64,000 nucleotides of DNA from Lama glama. Lineage: Eukaryota. The stretch covers positions 45,448,001 to 45,512,000 of the forward strand of contig CM052818.1 in the NCBI GenBank assembly GCA_028534125.1, given 5' to 3'. Of this stretch, positions 25,094 through 37,937 are shown piece by piece; within the stretch, counting starts at the first letter, position 1, and each line of letters opens with the position of its first letter. The notes below the pieces were generated by a model, which saw only the letters and a list, made by a program, of their open reading frames with translations, ran no database searches and was not told the origin of the DNA. The translations under genes and the position numbers were made by a program.

Positions 25094-28000
25094 AAAAGCT
25101 CCTCTTGCACTTGCCCTGTCTCAGCTCCAGCCACAAGCAGGCTGGGTGGTCCTGGTGTGTCCCCCATGGGGAGCCCAGCCAGCCTGACCCCATGGAAGCT
25201 GGCGAGGCCAGGCAGCGTTGGGCCTGGGAGGTGCCTCGAGGAAGAAGAGGGGCCAGTGGGTGGGGGAGAAGGATACGGCAGCAAGTTCAGGGAGCCTGGA
25301 AGGAGAGGGGCGAAGCTTCCTTCTCACCAGAGGGGTGTCCTGGGACCCACCTGGTCCCCATTCTGGGCCAGCATTGTCAGAAGCACCCTAAGAACAACCC
25401 CTAACACTGGACCCCAAACGCTGTCTTGAAGCAATGTTAGGCGGAGGCACTGGAGCCTCAGGCCAGCCGGGCCACTGGGCCTCTTGGACCAGGCATCCTG
25501 GGCCCCTGCCTATTGGACAGGTCCTGCACCCCCTTTCCCCCACCAAACTGACCGTGGGCACAGCGAAGTCAGGGCCTGGGCGGGCATGTTCTGTGCACCC
25601 AACTTTGCCCACGAGTGGCCTGTCTAGTGACAGAAGCATCAAGTCTCCAGATGACCAGCCCCTCACAGGAAAGGTACACACAGCTACCATACTGGCTCCA
25701 GCCTTGCCATGGGTTCCCCAGGCAGCCTCTGACAGTGTGATGTCCTTGGCCATAGAGAGCCAGGCTGGCCATCAGCTGGCACCCCAGCATGCCCATGGTC
25801 ACCTCTGTCTTCAGATCCCCAGTGGGTCTGCTGCCGTCTTGGCTTCCCTGCCTGAGTTGGCCTGAGCCAGTCCCTTGAGCCCTGACCAGTACGGAGTATC
25901 TGGGCCTGCAAAGTCAAGGACCTGGCCTTGGCCAACCACACCCAAGTCCAACCCCTGGGGGCCCTGTCCTCCCCTGATCTGTGGGCTCTCTGCCTTTCTT
26001 GTTTAGAGAGTAGCAGAATTCAATAAATGTGTGCTAAGTTCATGTGCCTAGACGGAACTCCCACACTCCTGTCATATAATCCTGCCACTAAAGGGAAGTA
26101 GATTTCTTCGCTGCAACAGGTCCTTCTAGCAGGTTCTGGACTATAACAAAGAACATGACTGTAAAAGAACTAGGATGGTGTGTGTCCATGTGCACCTGTG
26201 TGCAGCCCTGGGTCCAATGGGAAGCACTGCATTCAAGCCAGGTGACAAAAATGACCCGAGACCCCAAAGCTCAGCCAGCTTCCACGCCATGGCTTGCCGA
26301 TGAAAGGAGTGAGCAGAGGGGTTGGTTCCTCCTCGATCTGGCTTAGAAGTACAGATCCCCAACTGCAATGCTATTCTCTCCTGTTTTTAAAAACCGCATT
26401 TATTATGTATGATCATAAAAACCCAAACTTGCTTACTACAGAAAATTTGGCAAAATCAGAGAAAAATGAAGAGTATCTGAAACCCTATCAAACCTGGGAG
26501 AAATAAGCTTTCCGGGGCTCTCAGGGCGTGGCAGACACACATTCCTGTGGGCAGGCACCCGGCTGAGCTGAGGCCCCGGCACCCAAGGTTACATGAAGGG
26601 CACCCATCGGTCAGGCCATCTGGGCAGCAGTGCAGCCTGGACGCCAACCCAGGCCGGCAGGTGCAGAGCCCTTGCCAAGTGATGTACATTTTATGCTTTT
26701 CCTCCTGGTGTGAACTACTTCCCTTCCCCCTTTCCAAAAAAACTGGGCCAAATTGCATTCATCTGTGTTCTGCTCCCTGTGTTTAAACCCTGCATTGTAA
26801 ATAAATATTTCCCCTGGCAGTGAAGCACTCTCTGAGAACACCATTTCGGTCACTGTGTAGGATTCCAGGCCATGAAAACCTGCCCGTGATTCATTTCATC
26901 ATCCCATCTGTTAGACATTTGAGGCAGCCACGGACATGACAGAGGGCACTGCCCTTGGTGAAAACCCACCCCCACGCAGGCAGCCCCTTCCCAGGACCCC
27001 CCTCTCTGCCGTGGCTGTGACTGGCAGGGGGTGTGCTTGGCCAGAAGTCTAGGATCCCCCACCCTTGTTCCTTTTTGTCGAAGACAATTCTCCTCATTGA
27101 AACTGTCAGGCTGTTTGATGGCTCTGATGTTTCCTTTGGGGACATGAAAAAGCTCTGGGAGTAGATGGCGGTGCTGGTCACACAATACAGTAAATGTACT
27201 GAGTATACGCTTCGAAATGGTAAATTTCATGTTATGTGGATTTTGCCACAATCTTTAAAGAAAACTGTCACTTTCCCTGGCGCCACCATCTTGAACCTCA
27301 TGACCCCTCAGCCTGCTGGGCCCACTCTCAGCCATCACGGTAAGGGGTGTGGGGTCGGGGGTGGGAGCAAGTGCAATGAAGCCCCTTCACCACTCACCAC
27401 AGCGGACTCGAGTCAGATCTGAAAGTTGACCTGTGTACGTTGGAAGAAGTAGACGGAGGGGAGGGTCACTGTAGGCAGATAATGGTTCCTGGTCGTTTCT
27501 GCCGATACCATCACAAGAACTTTACAGAACTCAGGACGTAGGGAACCAGGGAGCCTTGTTCCCTCCCCTTAATTTGTTCATTCAATCTGAAGACATTTAC
27601 TGTGCCTCAACTACATGCTTGCTCTTCAGTTGTGGGTCCAAAGAGGTATATTTTTGGTCACCATCTAGAATCTGGAGCCTGGATCTGCGTCCTGTGGTCT
27701 GACTGACAGTATGGAATTTCCCCGAGATTCGGTTTCCTTCTCTCTGACACAGTTCTTGCTTCACTGAGCTGTGTCAAGAGTTAAAGAACACGGAGCCCAT
27801 GGCAGCGTCTCGTGAACTAGAAGCACCAGGTACATGTCAGAGAACTAAGGAAACCTGGAGAGCGCAGCCAAATGCCTTTGGGGTGCAGGCTCTTCCAGGG
27901 GTGGGATACTGTTTTCTTTATAACAAAATAAACCATCATGCAAATGCTTAGACCCACCACCGCCTCAGAAGAGTACCCCTCCCATCCACACACTGTGAGC

Positions 28001-28349
28001 TCAAAAGGAAGAGCCTAATAAAATAAAAGACAAGGTTTTCATTTTTTTTTTTGAAGTTTGGAAATATAAAAAGTGAAAACACTCCCCTCCTTTATTTCAT
28101 GCTCGTAAGCATGTAGTAACATACAAAGATGATGTCACAGCACATACAACTTTTTTTCCTGTGGAGCTTGGACAATTTTTTAATGTGCAAACATGTAGAC
28201 CTAGAGTGGGGCCCGTTACCTGTCACGTGGGTGGGCTGTAAGGGAGGGGGAGGTCCTGAAATTGTAAGAAGAGTTCACTCGGTATCACTTCTCATCTTTG
28301 CACAGGAGCCCTAACCTCTGGAAGACCAACAGTATCTCTGCTCCAGATC

Positions 28350-28690
28350 TTCGCTTCTCTGATGTCCGGGTGCACTCACATCACCTGGGCCTTGTTAAAA
28401 CACAGGTCTGGCTCCCTAGCTCTGGGGTGGGGCCTGAGAGTCTGCATTTCTACCAAGCCCCCAGAGCTGCTGCTGGACACGTGACCTCCATGTGAAGGGC
28501 AAGGCTAGGGAGCCGTGGTCCTCATCCCCGGCAACACAAGAGGGTCACCTGGGGGGCTTCAAGACTCATGCTTGGGCTCCACCCACTCCCTTCCAAAAGG
28601 TTCTGCTTTCATCGTCTAGGTGAGGGCCTGGGCATTGACATATCTTAAGAAGCTCCCTAGATGATCTTCGTGTTCAGCTCAGATGCTTCA
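28350..28690. mobile_element. MER5A-like hAT elements (two adjacent)
   Basis: catcacctgggccttgttaaaacacag...ggggtggggcctgagagtctgcatttctaccaagc and a second similar unit. Confidence 0.65.
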
Positions 28691-28829
28691 TTCTGGGACA
28701 GCAGTCTTGTGAAACAAACAAAATGTTCATTTTCTCTTTTTGCCTGAGCTAAAACACGTGGGGGTTAAATGAGGCTGTGTGGAAGCGTCTGGAAGAGTGG
28801 GTGTCTGGCACACTGGCCGTGAGTGGTAC

Positions 28830-29090
28830 CGAGGGCGTGTGAAAAACAGTGAACAACTTACTAGGTGAGAAGTAAGCCCTGGTGGAGATTGTGTGCTTGA
28901 GTTAACGGTGGTGCCTTGACACTTCAATATAACAAATGCACAACAGTAATGCAAGATGTTAATAGTAGGAAGAAGGAGGTAGGCAGGGGAGGGGTATACG
29001 AGAAGTATGTATCTTCTGCACGATTCTTCTATAAATCTGAATCTGCTCTGAAAATTAAAGTTGTTAATTGAAACAACAACAAAAAAAACC
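28830..29090 (+). mobile_element. LINE-1 (L1MC-like) 3' end
   Basis: ataacaaatgcacaacagtaatgcaagatgttaatagtagg...ttctataaatctgaatctgctctgaaaattaaagt with an A-rich tail. Confidence 0.6.
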
Positions 29091-30634
29091 CAACTGGTAC
29101 CACATATGCACTGGCCAACCAGAGTCCCACGGGCCCCCTGAGGGACAGGAAGCCGCTCTTTCTTTGCTGCATCATGGAAGGAGGCGGGGAGGGAGGAAGG
29201 GTCCCAAGGAGGGGCAGGGGCAGCTGTCACAGGGCTCAAGGCTGCAGAATTATTTCAATATGTGAACACCTGGTGTGGCCCTAGCATCTGATTATCAACT
29301 CTGACCAATACTGATACTGTCATTGTTATTTTGTGTGAGTTAAAGGCAGACATGAAGCAAGCAAAGAAATGACAGCCTTGGAAGCTAGATACTGTCATTC
29401 CATTTGATACAGGAAGAAACTGAGGCCCAGAGACGTTGTGATGTGCCCGAAGTCACACAGCTTTTCAACAGAGAACGATTCAGATCTTGGGAGTCCAAGA
29501 TTTTCTGCCTCAAAAATCCAGGCTCTTCTCCGAGGAGAAAGAGATTTTCTGGCCAAAATTACTGGCAATCTGCTAACCTGTCACTGGTTTATTTTTCCAT
29601 AAAGGTGGGTCAAAGCCAGCATTTGCAAAGTGCCCAAAGGGCAGCTCTGCTTTGCACAAGAGGCCCCTGCCCGACTCAGCCGCTCACCTCATGGAGCAAA
29701 TCTTTTCCCTCCCTTTGCTTCACTTTAAATCTGGAGAAAGTTGGCATTGTGCGAGCTCTCTGGGCCGGTCATCCCGCCTTCCCATTTTATAGGCAGGAAA
29801 AGTGAGGTTTGGAACAGGGAAAGGACTTGGCTGAAAAACAACCAGAACATGGCAGGGCCAGGGCTAGAAACCAGGCCTTCGGGCTCCCAGCCTGTTCCCG
29901 GTGAGGGAGGCGGGGCACCGGCTGCTGCTGCGGCCGGGTGCGGCCAGACCTGGTCATTCTTACCCCCTAGGCCCCAGTGCACACGTGCAATTAAGCCGTC
30001 AGGAGCCATCTCCCACTGTGGTCCACAGTCTGGGCCACAAGGCTGCTCTGTGAGCCTCACTCAATGATGTCACTGGGAGTTGTCCACTTGTGAATTCACG
30101 GAGGTGTGACCGTGTCACATAGGCTGCCCCTGTGCTTAAATCTGCAGCTCAGCATCCTTCTGGATCCTTTATTCACTTCTGTGAAGTGTATCCTTCACAA
30201 AAGTAATGCGTAGCTGGGAGTCCACTTAGTGTAATAAAGGGTTTGGTTTTACCAGCAGGAAGAATTACCTTTGTCCAGCAGCATGAAAAAGCGGCTTTAA
30301 AGCGAAAATTATGTCATGGGGTGGCTCTCAGACTCTGGCGGTGTACGACAGCTCACAGGGGTGCTTTATTCCAAAGGGAGGTCAGAGCTGAGGGGGGCGT
30401 GGCCTGTGACTTGGGGAGCCGTTCCCACTTGCTTCTGAAGTGCTGAGTTAACAGACCTTCCAAGGAATGTTCTGTCTCTAGTGCTGTCAGAGTCCTGGCC
30501 CTAGGGCACAGTTGTTGAAGGGCCAAGTTGAAAGGGGACCACGGTCCTAGCAAGTTCAGGTGGTCTTCAAAATGCAAATGCTGTTGGATATGTCACTACT
30601 TGTATATCTGATATCATCCTTCATAGCTTTGGCC

Positions 30635-30830
30635 TAGAGCTGCAACATCTAACAGGTTAACCAGCAGCCAGGCATGGCTGTTTAAACGAATTAAAATTAA
30701 ATGCAATTACAAATTTGATCTCTCGGTCACTCTAGGTACATTTCAAGTGCTCAGAAGTCATAGTGGCAGTTGCTATACTCGACTCTGAGAAAATAGAACA
30801 CTACCAGGTTGCAGAATCAGATGGCCTTGG
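30635..30830. mobile_element. MER3/MER33-like hAT element
   Basis: ctcggtcactctaggtacatttcaagtgctcagaagtcatagtggc. Confidence 0.55.
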
Positions 30831-32299
30831 CCTAGACAGTGAGCACCACCGGCAGGAGCTGGGGAAAGGAGTATTTAGTATGGACCCAGGAAGCCAATCA
30901 GAAAGGCCTGAGCCACACAGCACGTGAGCAGTCTGCAAGTCTAGGTGCAGCCAGAAAACCTAGACCTGGGGACGGTGTCCTGCATTCTACGGGGAGGAGT
31001 TTGCTGGCCGCATCATGGTGTCAAATCCGTTCTGCCCAGGACGAGTTCCAGGGTAAAGCTTGCTTAGCGGGGGGACACGCTGGAGACACAAAGGAATTAC
31101 AGGCAGTCTCTGGTTTTTCACTTTGCATGTATGTTTAGCCTTGGAAATGCAGTGGTGAAGAGATTATTATAAACCAAATCTGCCAGAAAAATGTTCCTCT
31201 TTATTCCAAGGGCATGTCTGCTTTCAAGGAGCGAAAGTGACCTAGAGGAAGCAAAGGGAGGTTTATTCTAAGGAGCTGGGGCGATCTCATGAAACCTGAC
31301 GGAGGTGGCTCTGCCCTGGCAAGGCAGAAAATAGCCCCTCGCAGGCCCGGGGTGGCCACCCCACTGGCCCCTCCAGGTTCCCTTTTCCTGCTCTCTCGGC
31401 CACAGGGTCATTCTGCTCTGTGCACATGGCTGGTGTGGTTCGCTCAGCTGCCTGCACACAGCCTCCAGGCCTATGGCACCAGGGTGCCAGCCCTCACGTC
31501 AACAGTCCAGGCCATGCCTCAGGCCCAGCAGAATTGGGCCCCATGGTTCTAGGTCTGGGTCTGGTATCTTCCCCACGTCCAACCGCTGGAGCCTGAGGCT
31601 AGATTTATTCCAAGACTGTGGGAGGTACCTGTGCTCTAGAAGAGGTGGAGGAGGAGGCGAAAGGAGCTGCCTTTTTAGTACAAACTGGCATGACAGCCAT
31701 CAGAACATCCTCGGCCGTGCGGCCAGAAAAGAGAAAACAAAATAATGAAAATCTCTATGATCATTTGCAAAGAGCAAATTCGACTGGAAATTCAAGGCAT
31801 GAACCTAAATTTTCAGTGTCCAAGTGTCTGGAAAAAACTTCCCTTCTTTGTCACAACGTTTTTAACATCTTTCTTTGAACAAACATTTACTGAAAACTTA
31901 CCCCTTACAGCACACTGGGAACTCTCGGCAACGAAGGAGACACAGCGTCAGCTCTTAAAACTCTGACTCCATCTCTGAGCTCAGTCTTGAGGGGAAGACA
32001 CAGTTAAATAAGTACGATGTACACATATTCAAAGATGTTGAAGGAAAACTGAACTGACACTTCCTGACTCTCTTGATAAATTTCACCGTAGCAAAGACAA
32101 GTGTCCAAAGTCATTCCAAAGTGTTGGAGGTAGCACTTAATAATGTTATTTTGAAGACAAAGCTGGTGTTTCTCCCATTTGATAGTATTTTAAGTATGTC
32201 TTAAATCAACAAAGAAATTTGCTTGTTGATTCAAAGTTAGATAACACAGAACAGCATAAAAAAGAGAATAAAAATTCCATCCATTCATATATATTTACA

Positions 32300-32830
32300 G
32301 GATAAAAATTTACTGTTTTGTTTGGGCTGATGAAAAAGTTTTGGAAATCGATAATAGTGACAGCTGTACAACCTTGCGAATGTACTTAATGCCATGGATT
32401 GTATACTTAAAAACAGTTACAAAGGTAGATGATATATGTATCCTTACCACAACAAAAAAAAAATTCTCACCAGATACACAATTTTATAAATGTCTTCATT
32501 TTACAATATAGCGCAACATTTCTCCATATCATTAAGAAACATTCATAAGCACGATTTTACAGATTGAATACTATTTCATTCTATGGCTACAGCATAATTT
32601 TATTACCATTCCATTCACGTTGGATACTTGGAATGTTTCCATTTTGGGGTTATCATAAACAACGTTTTTGTGAATCCCCTTGTGCGTAAAACTTCGAATG
32701 CTTTTCAGAGTCTATCCTTGGGATACAGTCCTAAAAGTGGGATTACCAGAATAAAAGAAATGGCATTTTTAAGGTTTTGGATACTTACTGCCAGATTGCT
32801 ATTCAGCAAATGTACCGATTTTTACTTGTT
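32300..32830. mobile_element. LINE-1 3' fragments (L1MB-like on +, L1ME-like on -)
   Basis: gatgaaaaagttttggaaatcgataatagtgacagctgtacaaccttgcgaatgtacttaatgcc, followed by an inverted L1ME-like block. Confidence 0.55.
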
Positions 32831-34552
32831 TTAGTTATAAGAGAGAGCTATTGTCACGGCCCTGCAGCCTAAACAAATACGCTTTTGAAAGTTCTTGGCC
32901 ACCCGTGGCTCTCCGCCTCCTCCTGCGAGGTGTCCTGCTCCGGAGCTCTCAAAGTGCTGCTTTGGGTTAAAAGCAGAGTAACAGCACTGAAGCCATCCGC
33001 TCGGACTCGTCTGCGCGAACTCTGGCAGCAGGGAGTCCAGGATGGCAGAGGACGGCGCGCAGCTCGGCCCGAGGTTCAGCTGGTGCATTCTGGAGCGAGA
33101 CTGTGAGAGAGGCGGTGAGTACAGACGAGGCCCTGAGAGAGCGGGAAGACGAGAGGGGATGGTCACCTAGAGGGAAGGGACAATGAGACGTCTCAGCCAA
33201 ACCAGGACGCGTGGAGAGCAAAGGGGCACTTCATGCTGGAACAACAGCGCTGACCAGGGCTGACTGTACCAGGCAAGCCAGGATCTGCACTCAACTTAGT
33301 ACCGCCTGGGACCACGGGTCTACCTTACAGTTAGCACCAAGACTCTGCATGGAATGGGACCCCCAACATCTGACCCGAGGGCCTTACTGGAAACTGTGGG
33401 CTTCGGTCTCTACGTGGGTGCGGTGAAGAGAAAACATGCCCCCGTGGTCCAAGAACAGTGCAGTCTCCTGGGGTCACAAGGCAGCACGTGTCAGATGCTA
33501 ACATTCCATCTGTCAAAGAGGCAGAGACCAGACAAGACCAGATGTAGCCAAGAGATTCCGGAGAGGCCAGAAGCACAGCCACTGGAAGGAATGCAGTGAC
33601 TGAGGTTTTCCTGGTTTGAGATGCGGCAAAGATCAAAGGGTCAGCTATCCCAGGAGAGGGAACTGCCCCAGGGAGATACAGAAGCAGGTTTGAGAACTGA
33701 CATCTGTTGAGATCCTTCCAAATGACGGGGCCTGAGCTGGGGACTTAATTCGCCAAATCCACCCACGACCAACAGCTCCACAAAACCCTGTGTCCAACCA
33801 CCCTACAAAATAACAGCCCAGCCTCACAGAGGTGGAAGGGCTTTCCCGTGAGCCCGAGGCTCGCTGTGACGTGAGCCAGCTTCACGCTGACCGGGACTGG
33901 GACTTCAGGCTGGGACAGCGGAGCCCAGGTGCAGGCCATAAGGACCCGCACTGTCTGTAGCTAATTTTTAAAACAATAATAAAACTGACTGAAAGCTGCT
34001 CTGCTGTGATTGTCACATGCCCATCGGCTCTGAACAACATCACGATAAATCCTCCTCCCTGAAGAAAAGTCCTTTGTTCCAAACAATTGCTGTGTGATTG
34101 AGTTTTGATAACATGGATGTGAACTTCACGTTTGCATGACTTGCCCTATTATACACATTGTATTCCGCACCCAGATTAATTCAGAGAACGCCCAGTTCCA
34201 CAGCTGGGCCCCGCTTCCCACAGACGAGGCTACTGTGTTCACTTTGAGTGTTGTTCATGGCGGGGCAATGCTTCGGTGGGTGACCAACTTGTCCCTGTTC
34301 ACCGGGATTTTATGACATCAGTCCCGGCAGTCCCAAACAGTTGGATATCACAGAGGTTGTGAAAGCAAAGAACACAGCTTGAATTGCTGCAATTCTGTCA
34401 TTCCACTCGCAGCTTCAGTGTCGAAAATTTAAACAGCTGAAGTGTTAACTGCAAGACGTCATCTTTTTGTTTGGTAAGTACCCATTTTAGATCATTCGTG
34501 AAATGTTTAACTTAATTTGAATAAGATCTTAAGAATTGAAGGGTCTTCTCTT

Positions 34553-34964
34553 TTTTTATTTTTATTTTTTTATTTTTTAAACATTTTTTATTGAATTATA
34601 GTCATTCTACAATGTTGTGTCAAATTCCAGTGCAGAGCACAATCCTTCAGTTATGCACAAACACACATATATTCACCGTCACATTTTTTTTTGCTGTGAG
34701 CTACCACAAGATCCTATATACACTTCCCCGTGTAATCCTGTTTATCTTTTCTACATATGCCTGTCAGTATCTACAAACTTTGAACTCCCAGGCTATCCCT
34801 TCCCACCCCACCCCCAGCAACCACAAGTTTGCACTCCATGTCCGTGAGTCTGCCTCTGTTTCGTATCTATGTTCTTTTTTAGATTCCACATATGAGGGAT
34901 CTCACGTGGCATTTCTCCCTCTCTTTCTGGCCCACTTCACCCAGAATGACACCCTCCAGGATGT
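34553..34964 (-). mobile_element. Young 5'-truncated LINE-1 3' end
   Basis: T-rich tail and L1 3'-UTR-like body; perfect 13-bp TSD AGGGTCTTCTCTT (34540-34552, 34965-34977). Confidence 0.85.
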
Positions 34965-35394
34965 AGGGTCTTCTCTTAAAATTAATTTTTGTTTTAAACC
35001 TAAAGAGCAAATCAAGCTCTTTTTTTTTTTTTTAAATAGAGGTTACTACAGAAAACAATCTTGTGTCAAGGAGAGGGTATTAGAACCTTTTCTGTTTTGA
35101 GGGTCAAGTGCAGGAGGTATAACGCTGGTGTTGTGCATAAATTATCTCATTTAATTCCCCTGGTAGCCTTGTGACGTAGCTTTTTCTTTTCACCCATTTA
35201 AAGATAAGGAAACTAAGACTCGGGGACATGAACGAACCTGCCAGGGATGGCTGGGATTCAGACCCGGGCCCTCTGTCCCCAGAGCCTGCTCTCCCAACTG
35301 CTCTACTGTGACACATTTTATCCCGAAGTTGGGCTCTTCCCTTCTAGGGTGTGAAGGCCTAGCTAAGAATTCTTCTGTAAGAATATTACAATGG

Positions 35395-35925
35395 CCTCTC
35401 TCAGTTTTATGTCGCTGCATAACAAACACTCCAAACTTTATCTTATTTTATTATCATTCTTTTTTCATGGAGGTACTAGGGATTGAACCCAGGACCTCAT
35501 GCACAAATACCCCCAATTTTAGCAGGTAAAACATCCATCTATCATGTGCACAGATTCTGGGCTGTGTGCCAGGTTTATCTCTGTCCTATGACATCCAGAT
35601 TTCATGGCCTGGGGAGGGATGTTATCTGTTGGTGTCCTCATGTGCCTGAGTTGGTGCTGGTGATCAGCTGGGAGGTCAGGTCAGAACACCTGCACACGGG
35701 CTTTCCACGTGGCCTGGGGTTTCTCCCTCAGTGGTGGCCTCAGGGTAGCCTCACTCCTACAGGGTGACGGTTCCAAAGGTGAGCATCCCAGTTAGCGAGG
35801 TAGAAGCTGCACCATCTTTGTCACCCTCTCTAGGTTTAAATAGGTCACAAGCCTGCCCAGATTCCACTTCACTTCTTGGCGGGGGTGGCGAGACATACTG
35901 GGGCAGCTGTCTTTGTAAAATCCAA
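35395..35925 (-). mobile_element. Old MaLR LTR (MLT1-like) interrupted by a SINE fragment
   Basis: tcagttttatgtcgctgcataacaaacactccaaa...ctttccacgtggcctggg...gcccagattcca; boundaries approximate. Confidence 0.6.
35439..35502 (-). mobile_element. 5'-truncated Vic-1-like SINE nested in an MLT1 LTR
   Basis: ggaggtactagggattgaacccaggacctcatgc with a T-rich tail; degenerate TSD acaaacactccaaacttt / acaaatacccccaatttt. Confidence 0.7.
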
Positions 35926-36389
35926 TTTGTCTCACCTCTTTCTTTTCTTTGACTCTTCCAGCTCACATCGGCTCTCAGCTGGGCTCTTCCTGGAACTTCC
36001 GGCCTCCTCCAGTTCCTGGCCCATCACCGATCTGTTAGGCAGTCCCAACCCAGAGAGCATTTTTGGGTGCGGCTCTGGGAGAGGCAGCAGCAGATAAGAG
36101 GAGACCTTTGATGTATACGATGTCTGCTGAGTTTTGAAGGTATTTACAAGTAACCATGCAGTAGCTACCGCCCTGGACGGTTAGTGAAGATGTTTATCCC
36201 AGACCCTGAAATTCCAGACCCTTACATTTTTAAGTAAGCCCCTCTCTAACTGAGTCACTGAATACTTTTTGAGCAATTTTGTCTCATCCCAAAATCCACC
36301 CTTGTCCCTTCCTCCAGGAAGGTGGTCCTCCTTCCTCCCAAGCTCTGGCACAAGATGAACAGGCAGAATGGACACCAGTGGCCCCAAGG

Positions 36390-37015
36390 TGAGACAGGAG
36401 GGAAGAGGGCAGAGTATAGTGACTCAAGGAATGACAGCAACCAAAATGGTAGAAGATTCACCTCCCAGTTGGCCTTGAGGATTAAGAGGTTTGACTTCTA
36501 ATAGATCTTGAGCTTCATTATATGCCCATTGTAACAGCATGATCAAATAACATGCCCGCAGGCGCCATGACAGCCCCAAGGCTAACCGCAAAAGGCCAAA
36601 GAATGGGCAGTGGCCCAATCCCTGGGAATCCCAGCTCCTTCCCCAGGGCAGTTGGAATGATCCCACCTGTAGGCGTGTGAAGCTACTGAGACCATAAAAA
36701 GCGACAAAACAGCGCCTAGTGGCCCTTTGCGCACTCTCTCCCTTTTGGAGACGGCCCGCACTCTGTCTATGGAGTGTGTACCTACTTCTATTTTAACCTG
36801 AGCACCCAATTCCCACACCTCTCTCCTTGCCTTTCTCTTGCCTTATACTCTGTCTAGTATATATCTCTCTAAATAAATCTACCTTAACTTAACGGTGGCT
36901 CGCAGTTGAATTCTTTCCTTCGCGAAGCCAAGGACCCACACTTGGCAGGGCACGTCCCAGGGGTTCAACCTAGACTAGGGACTCGGCCCTCCTCATATCC
37001 CACATTCCTGCATCA
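36390..37015 (+). mobile_element. Solo ERV1-class LTR (626 bp)
   Basis: TG...CA termini with imperfect inverted ends (TGAGACAGGA / TCCTGCATCA); 4-bp TSD AAGG (36386-36389, 37016-37019); CATAAAAA (36693); AATAAA (36872); ERV1-like U5 motif TTGAATTCTTTCCTTCGCGAAGCCAAGGACC. Confidence 0.85.
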
Positions 37016-37476
37016 AAGGGACCCTGGAAAGAGGGGAGGAGGGGTGTGGGAAGCAGGGCTGTGAGGGGGCGGGGCCCAGCCCCCGCAGGAGCACAGCTCT
37101 GGCAGTCTGCTGAGGGCGGGAGAGGAGGCTCTTCCAGGGAGGGGAGTAAGCAGATCCCAGGCGTTTCATCAGCTGGAGACAGAGTGTGGAGATGGCGATG
37201 GATGGACCCCACCTCGACACTTGAGAAGCAGCAAGGGAAGACAGGAATTTCTGTTTGGACTGTCTTGAAATACACCACCACACGGGAGCTGAGCTCTGGG
37301 GCTCCCAGCCTTAAAAGCTTTATGACAACTTGTATTGAGCTTTGACAGTGAGCCCCTGCGCACACGTGATCTCTATTCTTTCTTCACAACAAGCTCGGGA
37401 GTCCTGGAGAAATCTGAGGTTCCTCCCCACGTGGTTTATTCTAGGCCGCTGTCCGCTACTCCCTTCTGGCAGACAG

Positions 37477-37937
37477 TACATTTGTTTGCTAGGGCTGACG
37501 TAACAAAGTAGCGCAGACGGGGAGCTTAAACAACAGAAGTGTATTCCCTCATAGCTCCGGAGGCTGGATGTCCAAGACCAAGGTGTCAGCAGGGTTCATT
37601 CCTTCTGGGGGCTGTGAGGGAACAGTCTGTCCCAGGTCTCTCCCCTAGCTCCCAGGGGGGTTCCGGCAAGCTTTGGTGTTCCCTGACGTGTAGAAGCATT
37701 GTCTCTATCTCCATCTTTACCTCCCCATAGCCTTCTCCTGTGTCTTCCCTCTGTGCTGCCTCTGCCTAAATCTCCCCATTTCACAAGGACGCCAGTCTTA
37801 TTGGATTAGGGCCCGTCCTAATGATCTCATTTAACTTGATTATGTCAGTCAAAATCCTATCTTGAAATAAGATTCCATTCTGAGGTTCTAGGGCTTAGGA
37901 CCAGAGTTGGGGAGGGGGCACAATTTAATCCATAACA
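37477..37937 (-). mobile_element. MaLR LTR (MLT1 family)
   Basis: MLT1-like ends (..ttgctagggctgacgtaacaaagtagcgcagac.. and ..ggggcacaatttaatccataaca) with a 5-bp TSD GACAG (37472-37476, 37938-37942). Confidence 0.85.
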
